From Lytechinus pictus (lineage: Eukaryota), in the NCBI RefSeq assembly GCF_037042905.1, contig NC_087254.1, forward strand, positions 25,668,001 through 25,732,000: a stretch of 64,000 nucleotides of DNA. Reading direction: 5' to 3'. The translations under genes and the position numbers were made by a program. Positions 13,032 to 64,000 of the stretch are shown one piece after another. Below the pieces are notes generated by a model. That model saw only the letters and a list, made by a program, of their open reading frames with translations, was not told the DNA's origin and did no database searches. Every line of letters starts with the position of its first letter. The stretch's first letter is position 1.

Positions 13032-13595
13032 ATGTTCAGCAGCAAGCAGTGGACCATTTTGATACAAATTGCAGTTGGAACGTCCTTCGCCTTCTCTGCA
13101 CGATATCTCTTTAAAGAGAATTTCCTTTCCTTCTTTAGCTTTCTGCCAGATCTATCTGACGGTGAACGTTTCAAGTTTGTCTTCCAATGTCTCGCCCTTT
13201 CAGCTGTCCCTCTCTTTGCCGCCGTTGGGAAAGTTGGCAAGGCGCGATTCTTGAACATGGATACCCTCGGTGCGGATCCTACAGCTCCCGTAGCGCCCTC
13301 TCAGAAGACCTTCAGGATCGCCGAAAGGATTCTTCAGAACACTCTTGAGCAGACGGTTCTTCACGTCCTGACGATATTGGCTCTCGCTTCAAGCGTCGAC
13401 GTGGACCAACTCTATCTCATCCCGTGCATGGTTCTGATATTTTGCTTCGGTCGTCTAGCTTTCTTTGTCGGATACGATTACGATCCTCTCTACCGAGGTG
13501 TGGGGTTTGCTACAACATGGATACCTACTGTATTCGGGTTTTCATACGCTCTCTTCACCATATTATCTCGAGCATTCGATCATTATATGAAGTAA
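13032..13595 (+). CDS. TMEM79: TMEM79-like MAPEG-superfamily membrane protein (187 aa, single coding exon)
   Basis: Several hydrophobic helices; MAPEG/TMEM79-type motifs RILQNTLEQ and FCFGRLAFFVGY..PLYRGVGFATTW; GC content above the flanks. Confidence 0.75.
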   Translation: MFSSKQWTILIQIAVGTSFAFSARYLFKENFLSFFSFLPDLSDGERFKFVFQCLALSAVPLFAAVGKVGKARFLNMDTLGADPTAPVAPSQKTFRIAERILQNTLEQTVLHVLTILALASSVDVDQLYLIPCMVLIFCFGRLAFFVGYDYDPLYRGVGFATTWIPTVFGFSYALFTILSRAFDHYMK

Positions 13596-14640
13596 TTTCC
13601 ATCCCTGTCTCATCATTATTCTGCTGACAATCTGGAGATTCAATGCATACCATAACAATACGATGTTGACACATAAAATATTCAGTAGATATGTTTAGAT
13701 ACGTTGTTGCTATCATATGCTGATACATTTCTATGTTCGAGGCCCTATCGAAAAGCCTAACAGGTATAACTTGTTATACTACTGGATATCCTTTGAATTC
13801 AACCTTTGCTAATTTTGTGAACTAAAAACTGAAATATGATGGATTAGACTTTGTTCTTATGACAAGAAATGACAGCATCGTTATATCCTTTCCGTTTTTT
13901 CATGTGAAATAATTTCGTTTTGAACTTTAATATTGTGAGTAAATGCCACTATCAAGAATGAAATTACCTTACACTGAATAGTAAGTAGTTCATCTTTCTA
14001 TTCTATACCAAACTTTGAAAACTGGATGGACTTTGAAAACGAGCGATCACTAGCATTATAGATGTATTTTGGCAATTTATCCCCTCCTGATTGGGACAAA
14101 AACAGAGAAGGCTCGATCACCATAACTGGTATTTGATTTTTAAAAATCTCGATTGCCTGCTTGTTTTTATGCAAGTTACTTTCCACCGATTGCCGTTTCC
14201 TTTTTTCATAATTGAGATCAAGTTTGATACATCTTCCTGAAGATTTGTTCATGTACTACAGTCTACAAAATCGTTGACAACACTTAAAAAACAACAATTA
14301 ACAGTATTCAGCATTGTATGTTTGTCGTTTCGATTGACTTTCACTTCCTTTCTGGATTAACCCCCTTCTTTCATTTCTTCTCTCCCCCCCCCTCATGTCT
14401 GCTCTTTTTCCTCTTCATTTCCCCACTTTTCCTTTCTCCCGCCTTATTACTCTCTGTGTGTCTCTTTCTATTCTCTCAACTCCACTCCTCTCTTTCAATG
14501 TGTCTGTCTTAATTGCTTCTTTGTTTCATATCCCTTCTCTTTCTTCCCCTCTCTAAATATCCCCCTTGCATCCTTCTTATTCTATACATCACTATGTTCC
14601 TTTAACTTTAAACTTAAAAATTTAAATTTGTACATCTTAA

Positions 14641-15212
14641 AGGGATGTTCCTGACTGAAAATATTTACATCTAAATGAATAGAGTAATATTCCCAAAGCA
14701 AAATGCTGAAAATTTCATTAAAATTGGATAACAAATAACGAAGTTATCGAAATTTAAAGTTGATCAATATTTTGTGAAAACAGTTATATGCACATCGTCA
14801 TGAATATTAATTAGGTGGGCTGATGATGTCATATCCCCACTTTCCTTTTTCTTATGTTATTACATGAAATCATAATTGTTTCATTTTTTTATACTTGTGT
14901 AAATGATGTGTCTCCATTATAATGAAATAAGTTGCAACAACAAAACTAATGCACTTAATCAGTTGTTTTAGTTTTTTTTAATAAACCTAATTTTACATAA
15001 TAAAATACAAAAGAACAAGTGGGATATGACATCATCAGCCCTCCTAATGAATATTCATGAGACATGCCTATGTTTTAGCAGAATAATGCAAATCTTTAAA
15101 ATTCAATAACTTCATTATTTGTCATCCGATTTTGATGAAATTTTCAGCATTTTGCTCTGTGAATTTTACTCTATTCATTAAGATATAAATATCCCCAGCC
15201 TGGACCATCCCT
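14641..15212. mobile_element. Kolobok-like MITE, family B
   Basis: TTAA-AGGGATGTTCC ... GGACCATCCCT-TCAA; colinear with 34840-35399. Confidence 0.8.
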
Positions 15213-18200
15213 TCAATCTGTATCGTGTATCTATTTGGCATCAATCCCTGAATTAAATGCATCTGTACAATAATATAATACAATGTACATTTATATTTTT
15301 CACGTACATGTATTATTCTGCCCAACTTTGGCAAAAGGAAGCAAGTGACACATCAGTCAAATTTGAGTTATTGTTGTTTCTGAAACACCCTTTGTATGTT
15401 GGACGTTCAGGAAAAATTTTGGGGAAGAAATAATCGTTCTATGGAAAGATATTGAAGAAAATATGCTGTTAAATTGCATTGACACCTATGTAAATGACAA
15501 ACACATATTGCTCATGTATGACAAATGATACGTTTTGTATTAAACTTGCTTCCTTTTGCCAAAGTACAGCAGCATTGCTTTAAAATGTGCACTACGACTT
15601 CTTTTTTAAAACTGGATATGAATTTATAATTATTCAATTATTGTTCAATATGATATTGCAGATTCAAGAAGTATCTTACGATACCAATAAAATTTTCCAT
15701 TCTTTTCTTACAGTCTCATTCACACTCTCGCAATTTGTTATCATCGGATAAATGGGGTCCTTGTAAATATACGAGAGATGTCCTGTCCCTTTCATCCTTT
15801 GATAAAAGCATCATCAACACTGTAAAATCAAGGAGACGTCACTCTCTCCTTGATATAATCGTTATCATGTACATGTAGGTGGCATTTCCCTACTATCATA
15901 ACCTCTTTAATATCACCAAAAATGGCAAATTGACGTTGGAGACTACTTAAGCTATTGATCAAAGTACTTTTATGAGTCAACTGACATCCTGAATAGTATG
16001 CAATCTGCAAACATTGCCATTAAATTAATTTGTTCAATCAATGTGTGAAATCATGTGTTATTATTTTTCTTCATAAAAGTAAACCTTTTTTTATTCCCTT
16101 AGAAGGAATGGGCCTCCAAATCAACAAATTAATTTACCTGAACTTTCAAACACAACAAAATCCATGAACTGGCAAATTAATCAATTCTAAAGACAATATT
16201 TACATAATTATCTTACATTCTCGTACACAGAATGGATGGACAATGTAGCTCTATATGTGAGAAATTATAGCTCTTGCCAATTTTGAAGGATAAAAGCTGA
16301 TCAAATAAAGGTTCCAACAGCTTACTTTAACTTTTATAATCACCACTCAAAGAATTACTGAGAAATCAGGAAGATCATTGTCAATTAATCATAGAGGATT
16401 AGAGGCAATAAAAATATGAAACAAGATTTTGCGAAGAAATCTGGAGGGTTTTTAGCTACCCACTGGGCCTTCACTTACTTGGTCTATTTGGTATCATCCC
16501 ACATGTTCTAATCACAGTTTGTATACAACCAGTATGTCTACTTAGTACTTACCATGTGGTCTAATCGTCACCTAGGTTATCAATAATTTTTTTTTCTAAT
16601 TTCCAGTTAGGCTATACCAATTTTATCTAATATCAATCAGTCTATATGAATTAATAAACTGTTCATGAACCAACATTTATTTTAAAAATACATATGAATA
16701 AAAAGTAAGAATTTAAATAGACAAAGTGGAAATTTAATGCCCATCTAGGCATGAGACCAAATGGATGCAAACAATTTTTTTTATTATAGTCTTTTAAAAA
16801 GATTGGAAAGACCTCGCTACTCTGCAGTATCCATTACACAAAGACCCCATTTCAATTAAACTTACTGTTGGTGGAATCTTGCCACTAATAATAACTTCCA
16901 TACCATGGTAATTGCAGCTTATACCCAAAATACCATTGATAGTAGGATGGGGGCCCGGTGTCCAGACACTTTAAAATTTCGACGCCTTCTATGTTTTCTT
17001 TGAAGTACACAAGATATATGAATACAATAGTTGTAATCTTCTTCCATTTTGTGATCCATAATATTGCCTAACACTACGTACTAAAAACTGATGAAACTTT
17101 GCTTGATAGTTTTTCCAACAAATGGCTGTTTAAAATTGATTGTCCGTACACACAACAACTGGGTATGTATTTTATGTAAAAGGGCCAACTTTTGACAAAA
17201 ATCACAAAGTAGACAAAATTGATGATGAATGAATCAAAATAGAATTATCATAATAACTTCTGAGACATATACAAACAATGAAACAAGGATAACATAATCT
17301 ACATTGTCAAACAATGACCGAGTCCAAATTTTCTATATTAAACATTGAAGGGTGATTCTGAATGCTGAGTCATTGAAATAACCTAATCTCACTAAACTTA
17401 CATAGTCCACAAGACACGCTGTAACTTCATAAAAATAGACAATTATGTTGTGTCTCATTCCAATCTTGTGAATCTTTGGGGCAACTTGTAACAATTTAAT
17501 TCGATTCACAACTACTTGTAAATCTAATTTACAAGTGAGACCGCAGTATTTTCGGTAGCTCTAAAATACCTTGTCTTACACATTTTGCTCAACCAACACT
17601 AAGTACCAACATACTCTGTAATAATAATAATAACAATTTTATAGACCGCAAAATCGCAAAAATTGCCTCTAAGCGGTTAAGAGAAAGGAAAATGTATAAA
17701 GGAAATAGAAATAGAAATACTTTGCACAACAAAATGTATCAAAACTAATATTACAATTTACAACTTTCTCACCAGATCATGAATAAAGGTTAACTTATGT
17801 ACAACACACATACACGTAGAAGAAATGAACAGAAGATGAGCCATAACAGAGCCTTTGTCAGAGCATCAGGATCCCTAATAATCATCTCTTGCTCAATTTT
17901 GACCAACAGTGTGATGCAATAACAATTTGCGGGAATTCCCCTTCATTAGTTTCAAACAGAGGTAGTTATTCAAGATCTCTTGATCTAGGAGGGAGCTACA
18001 TAAAAAATGTAGGCTGTGCTTTAATGTTATATCAGTGCTGTGAATTATCTTCATCATCATCATGAGCATGGGGCAAAACAAACAAAGCTTGCATGATCAA
18101 CAGTTCTTTTATTCAATTGGGCATTACGAACTTGCTTTAACAAGGGCAACAACATTTAGATGGTGTTGTAATTACAATAATCACTATAATTGCTCAATAA

Positions 18201-18714
18201 TTTGATCATTATCGTGTTTCTAATCAACGCTGCAAATACAGCATAAAATTTCTGAGTGGTAAAGTGTCCTTGTTAGAAGCAAAGGTAATAAGCTCTCTTT
18301 TTAAAAGTATATTTTCTTTTAGTACCTCCTAATCAGTAAAAAAACATGTATAAAGAGGCATACATGGTGGAAAACGTCTCTGAACCTCAAAAGTGACATT
18401 AGAGTTTTAGTCTTGAGTCTCAAACAAACATACCCAAGAATAAAAAGACTGCCATGTCCAAAATTTTATCAACTCAAGGGTCAAATTGCACAAAAATTAA
18501 TAGAAAGTATATTCAGATCTTCTGGATAATTGATGAACATAGTAGAATAGTATTTCTAAACTTCAGCTTCAACATTAAAATAAGCAAGCCCTGAAATTTT
18601 GTTATCAAGTTCAGAAATAAAATATTCAATTCATACATACAGAATGATGATTCTTTTCATCAGACATGGGTACAAATCTTTTTTCGTCCATTCTCAGCAC
18701 ATCCCTCACAATTC

Positions 18715-20188
18715 TCATGAATATTCATCATGGGATTTCATGTAAACCGGCTTAGCCTGCTTGCGTAGTCTCACTTGGGCTTTCTTGCCTTTGCTCGTAG
18801 AGGGAGGGAGTCCACCATAAGGAATGTTCACAGGCCTGGGGTATGGTGTCCTGTAATGCATAGCTGGAAAGAAAATGAAAATATGCATATTACTTATCAA
18901 ATGAATTGTTAAATTGATGAAAGGTCAAGTTGATATCAACAAGATAAAATAAAGGAAAAGGTATGAATTAGGTGAGCCTACATTTATACGGGATATACAT
19001 TACTTTTGGTAGTACGAAAATCACTGTGGTCACGGAAAATTTGTCATGTAATATTATCATCAAGTGCCATTTTTTACAGAAAATTGAAAATGATTTTATG
19101 TAAGTATTCAATATATATAATTATTCATTTTTCACAAATGCATATGAACATGAAAATGGAATATTCATTCATCATAATCCATTGAATAATGGATTTGAAA
19201 AAAAAGGGGAGTCAATATTAATGTATGATATCAATTGAAAAAGGCATAAATGTGTTATTCTTTGACAGACTTTTTCAAATATGTTTTTCTTTTCTGTTTA
19301 AATTATCAGTTTTAAAACCAATTTAAGGTCACACTCAATGTCTTAATGATAACAATGACTTCAAATAAAAATAATCCATTCCAACTGCTGGTTAAAGCTT
19401 ACCACTCTCATTTTTTCATGATCAGTCTTATGCCAAATTACTATGACATCATCAATCTGGTACTCTTTATAAAAAAAATACAATTAGAGGAGCCCCCAGG
19501 GCAGTATTTACCCATTGCTAGTCTGGACTCTCCTTCTTGAATGCAAAGCCTAATCTCCTCAACATCTGTAAGCTGTAAATAAAAGCAAACAAACAAAACA
19601 CTATGAAATAATTAAATGCTCTTGGTAAAATTCTAACATCCTTCTTCCCAGCTTTCAGCTTTACAATATTTGTAGGAACAACAAGGAAGATACAAGACTT
19701 CAAAGTATTGCTAAAGACAGTTCACAAAACACTTCAATCACTTGATTGCTGGGAATTATTGTTAGAGTTAAAATCTCAGAGAGTCTACTCTTTAAACTTA
19801 TTATAGTTCACTGAAATTGTAGTGTGATGAAGGCTCCATATAAAGTTTGAATTACAAGCATTCACAAATATTACAAAAAAATAAGAAATTTACAAGCACT
19901 ACAAAAGTTGTAGTGTATAGAATGCTCTTACACAGAAAGTCATTGCAGAGATCAAATACATTCAATTATCAGCCCTACTCCTTTTAACACACCCTCTATC
20001 AAATGCCAAGTTAATGAATTCCATACTTGTCTATTTTTCCTGAAGAGTTCTTTAGTTTCTGCTTTGATGTATTCCCTTTCAGACTTGGTCTCACTCAGTA
20101 CTCCAGAACTGGCCTCCCATCTCTGAGCTGTTCTCAGTAACGTTTTGTACAGTGATAGTGTTTGTGATCTCAAACTGATGGTCGCCAT
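18715..20188 (-). CDS. LYRM1: LYR motif-containing protein 1 (123 aa; exons 20188-20027, 19572-19512, 18863-18715)
   Basis: LYK/LYR motif (LSLYKTLLR), EREYI..E.KELFRKN, and C-terminal [13 protein letters not shown]...[15 protein letters not shown] matching LYRM1. GT-AG junctions in phase; 372 nt including stop. Confidence 0.93.
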
Positions 20189-21144
20189 CTTGAATTTGTC
20201 ATGATGGATGCTTCCTCGACTTTTGCTACAATTTGTAAAAAAAAGGAGAAATATTATCAAAAACATTTCTAAAGAAATTTTCATGGCACAATCTAAGATA
20301 ATACTAATAATAGGCCTACCAATTACAAAGCAGAAGAGTCAGTTTGTGTGAAATGTCAAGGGAAAAAAAATGATCACAAATTTGAACAGCAAACCTATTG
20401 TTCAGAAGAATTATCTATGGACTATGGTCACCCTCCCTCCTTTCCCATTGATTAATACCCCTGCCATAATAAATATATTCTTCCACCATTATTCATTGCT
20501 ATTTAGAAAAAAAAAAAAAAGTACTATTTTTGCTCAAATCGTTTTTAATTTTTTTTTTTTTGGCACGTCTTTAATTAGACACCTACGTTAGACCTTCAAT
20601 TGATATGGTGGTGTGACCATATTTCGTGCATTACCTTATTTTATGCACTGTCGCATATCTCAAAAAGAATGAATATGATCTTGAATATCTGTTAGTGTTG
20701 AGACCAAACAGAAAAAGGCAACCTAAAATTAATTACTTTAGTAAGTTGTCACGAAACATCACCTGAGCTGAGCAATTTAGCTCTAGCCTAGGCTCTACTC
20801 TAGTCTAACTTTTAGATTAGACATAGAATATCTTATTTTGATAAGAAAATTTGGAGTAGATATTGTCTGAAGTCTTACTTAGATCCTTTTAGTTGATTTT
20901 GAAGTAGACCCTACCGTACTCAGTAGTCTACTCTAACGTTACTTCGATCGCCCACCGCAAATTTCCACAGTATTAAAAGTACTAAAACCTCAGTCAAACT
21001 CAAACTTCAAAGACTGTCAAAGTCAAAGTTTTTGTATACATCATGATTGATCTCCCCAATTTTCTCCCAACTCTGAATCCCCAGGCCCCACAGAGATTTT
21101 TACACTCAGCTTGTCTACGACTACGTCATGATTCAAAAACTTAC

Positions 21145-21358
21145 CTCACTCAGGTTCAGCTTAGATGCAGTCTTCACTCAGTTAGCAGGAGATAAAACAA
21201 ACTATGGTCAGCCTGCATGACGTGACTCAAGCGCAGTGTAGCGGGCGCAGTACGGGCGCGGCCGGGGGTACCGGGGTACGGGTGCGTGCAGCGAGGGGGT
21301 GCCTCGCCGTCGCACTGTATGGTACGTACGGTACTAGCTCTATTGCATAACCGAAAAC
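21145..21358. promoter_or_regulatory. Bidirectional promoter between LYRM1 and TBCD, including the probable LYRM1 non-coding exon 1
   Basis: GC/CpG-rich island; minus-strand donor gag|GTAAGT at 21145/21144 pairs with the acceptor at 20226; TBCD ATG at 21359; TGACGT motifs nearby. Confidence 0.7.
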
Positions 21359-60837
<39,479 letters not shown>

Positions 60838-62595
60838 GCAAGTGCACTGACATTTTTTTTCTTACAATATATTGAATTGAATTTTTTAAAATTTATTTTA
60901 AATCTCATATGTTGAGCAGTCAATTCTAAAATTATACAAGAATAATATGATAATGGTAATTTTACATGTTATAATAATGTTCTTTCCTTTTTTTAGAAAG
61001 AAATCACATCATATCATGTCATATGAATTACAGTACATGAGATATTGAGAAAACTTTGTGATATTCCTAATATCAGTACATTAAACATTTCACAAACAAA
61101 ATTTTGTCATTGTATTGTTAGTATTAAAGTTGACTGCAGGTTTGCAATTATAACATATATGAGAGAAGCGCATAATGATATTCCTGATATCATATTAAAA
61201 CATATAACATCCAAGAATATTTACAAAATATGAATAGGCCCACTGCCTCTCTTTAACACATAATATATAGATGTGATATTTACAAAATGTGTTCATCAAA
61301 ACATGCTCGGAACATATATACTGCAAGGTTTTTACATTTTAACTTTTCTTTGTAAAAAAAAAACCAACTAACAATGTGTGTGTGAAATACAATATTATGA
61401 TACAAAAATGTGCACAAAAATGAAATTTGAATAAGTTGGATATGCCTCTTTCTATTAATTCATTGAAACAAATAACCCTGTTTGAAAATATATTATTTCT
61501 TCTTCCTCTATCCATGATATGTTGATTTATTTTGAATGATCAAAATGACAATAATATTTGGCTTAGAAGAAGGAAAAGAAAAACCTCAGGCAAGAGGGAT
61601 GACAAAGACCTGCTTTGATCAGATATATAATTTAAAGTTTGGAAGAATTGTTGTTTCCAATATAGACTCTTCAAATTTTCTACTGTGTCAGCTTGCTTTA
61701 AAATAAATATTTGCCTATGTTTTTTTTGTCTGCATCTCACGCCTTAAAGTCAGTATAATTTAGAGGTCTTATCTAACAAGAGCATGTCCTGAAATTACAC
61801 ATACTTTGAATGAGATAAATTATGCATTATTTGCAAGGCAATCCAACAGCGTATTGTCATTGAGATCGTTGCTTTAGAGTCAAATGTGACTTGGCCAACT
61901 CCCTGCCTCATATTACACAGCTGGGTTCCACTATTCAAGATAGAGACATTGTCTGATTCTGAAGTAAGAAAACTGGTTTCATTTGTAAGAAAAGAGAACA
62001 ATGGATATGAAAGGATTTTCAGCATTTTCCATCAATTAAATTTTTAATGCTGTTTGATTATAAAATTTACCCTTTAACATTTTTTTTACCTCATTAAAAA
62101 GTGAGTAGCACTCCTTATGAAATAATTTATAACTTTGAAGTGGGGGATTTGTCTTCTTTGTAATGTTGTTATTTTTTCATCTTCAAATATCATTTTCACC
62201 TTAAATTGTCTTCAAGACATTGCAAAGAATTCACAGCTGTTATGTATAATCTGCTGAATCTTAGAATTTTGGTAACAAAAATAAATCATTTAATGCTGAA
62301 ATAAGTAATAATAGTATACCAATCTGCATTTGTCACGCACTTACTTGATCAGATATCTTAAACAATAACATTGTCATTTGACTTTGTATGAATTTAAAGA
62401 GAAGATGTGTACCGGAACTTCATATTTCATCATATTATGAATTATTTTCACCATCTGAATGTATCCAATGTATTCAATTCTTGAGAGATTTCAGCAGATT
62501 GAGGGATTGATGGCAATGATTTGGATTCAGTCTCTCCATAACAAATTCTTCAGCATTATCACCATCAAACTCTTTTGGTGTATCATACAATGTAT

Positions 62596-63492
62596 CTATG
62601 ATTTATGGCTCAGCCACAGTTCATAATTCACATGAACTATTATTATTATTATTATGGACAGAATTATTATGAAACTAGATAAAATTATGTACACTATATT
62701 ATTTCCTGTACCTTTCATTGCAATAGTGGATGTCAATAATTGGTAGGTTGTAGACGTTGTAATCTCTACCACATCTGTACTTCTATAGACAGAATCTGTT
62801 GATATAGTTTGTGTTGTGGTGGTATGACATGGGTCTTTGTTACTGGATTCTTCTTCAAACAAGACAGTATCGTCACATTCACAGCTTGATTTATATACTT
62901 TCAAAGCAGATGAACAACAAAATACTGGCTGTGATTTTCGTATTAGAAAGGTCTGTATTACTAAAGAGCCAATTTCCACAGGGTCAGTCAAGGGAGGCAT
63001 CCATAGACCATCTTGATAGCATTCAATCTTCCCTGGTAGACTTCCAGCATTCGCTGTACAGTCTACCTCTACCCAATCTCTACCCTTTTCATAACCTACA
63101 ACACATGAGGCATTACCAGGAGGAAAGTCTACCTGAAGCCATACTTTATGTGTATCATCACGCAGTATGTTACCATCCTTGTATACAAACAATATGTATC
63201 TCCCTTGATCACCTCTCAAGAGATCCCTTATTGTAAGATCCAGAGAGCAGCCTCCATTGTTAATTATATTCTTAACCTTAAATCTTTGAACCTGACTATC
63301 TGGCAAAGACAGTGATGAGCCATGTGTTGAAATATAAAATGGCCATCTGTTAGATTGCTGTAATGTGACTTCTGAACTATCACATGGATACGGGAAAATC
63401 AAGTTGATTTCTTGACCTTGCATTAAAGATATTCCTTCAGATTCATATACATGGGCAATTAGTAAAGTGATCAAAATAATGATTTTTTCCAT
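62596..63492 (-). CDS. Intronless Ig-like domain type I membrane protein (298 aa), nested antisense in a TBCD intron
   Basis: N-terminal signal peptide; V-set-like segment (CSLDLTIRDLLRGDQGRYIL); second Cys-rich domain; Thr-rich stalk; hydrophobic TM helix near the C-terminus. Confidence 0.8.
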   Translation of the reverse strand: MEKIIILITLLIAHVYESEGISLMQGQEINLIFPYPCDSSEVTLQQSNRWPFYISTHGSSLSLPDSQVQRFKVKNIINNGGCSLDLTIRDLLRGDQGRYILFVYKDGNILRDDTHKVWLQVDFPPGNASCVVGYEKGRDWVEVDCTANAGSLPGKIECYQDGLWMPPLTDPVEIGSLVIQTFLIRKSQPVFCCSSALKVYKSSCECDDTVLFEEESSNKDPCHTTTTQTISTDSVYRSTDVVEITTSTTYQLLTSTIAMKGTGNNIVYIILSSFIIILSIIIIIIVHVNYELWLSHKS

Positions 63493-64000
63493 TGTGTTTG
63501 TTAGTATAATAATTCAGACTTAAAGATAAAGATTGTAATCTTTAATTAAAAATCACAAAATATTCATGTACATGTAGAATATAGATTACTGAAATGTGAG
63601 ATTGAAATAACATGTAACAAATTGAAATACAGTGGTTTACACACAAAATAATTTAAATCGTAGTAAAACGTATGTAACAGTATATGAAGATCAAAACGTC
63701 AGTTGGTCTGACCTGCTTGAAATATTTTTGTCTGGTTGGGATGCAGTTTTTTTTTTAGTAGCTTATGAGATGAAAGTGTTTCTTTCCTAAGATATGTGTC
63801 TTGATGTCCGCAGATGTTGAGGGTTGACTTGGTTTACTACTCATACTGTGCCATCAACTGGAGTTACATCCTGGTTCTTTGAATGCTTCAATTCAGCTTA
63901 AGAGATTCCTTTGCCAGACCAGAATGTTGCAGATAATCCCTGGAAAGGAAGTGTTTTATGAAAAAAATACTGTGAATTATTAAAGAGCAATTCAGATTTT

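Noticed and set aside
62811-63236. 141-aa plus-strand ORF
   Set aside because: Antisense shadow of the Ig-domain gene; not TBCD-like.
63790-63945. GC-elevated segment as the next TBCD exon
   Set aside because: Both candidate acceptors give early stops in the required phase. It could be a 5' UTR exon of the minus-strand Ig gene, but this is unsupported.

Overview
AT-rich, intron-rich metazoan genomic DNA. The repeat repertoire and gene style suggest an invertebrate deuterostome such as a sea urchin (inference only). Five protein-coding loci can be supported. (1) An uncharacterised minus-strand gene with four phase-compatible exons (6753 down to 328) that runs off the left edge. (2) A single-CDS-exon TMEM79-like MAPEG membrane protein (13032-13595, +). 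(3) A complete LYRM1 (three coding exons, -, 123 aa). (4) TBCD, tubulin-specific chaperone D (+), head-to-head with LYRM1 across a ~200 bp GC-rich promoter; 27 phase-consistent exons (~948 codons) were traced and the gene continues past the right edge. (5) An intronless Ig-domain type I membrane protein nested antisense in a TBCD intron (62596-63492). Introns and intergenic DNA are full of mostly non-autonomous mobile elements, several nested: TTAA-flanked Kolobok-like and piggyBac-like MITEs, hAT-like elements with 8-bp and 6-bp TSDs, a Mutator-like element, Helentron/HINE-like elements with internal tandem repeats, tRNA-derived SINEs, and a 5'-truncated L2-type LINE with an uninterrupted RT frame. 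I found no clearly new biological system. The best leads are the nested Ig receptor with an apparently frameshifted Tyr-motif tail, a TBCD exon with a 480-nt AG-free zone upstream and a GC donor downstream, duplicated TBCD splice signals, and the 6-bp-TSD transposon family. All homology calls are by motif recognition, not database search.
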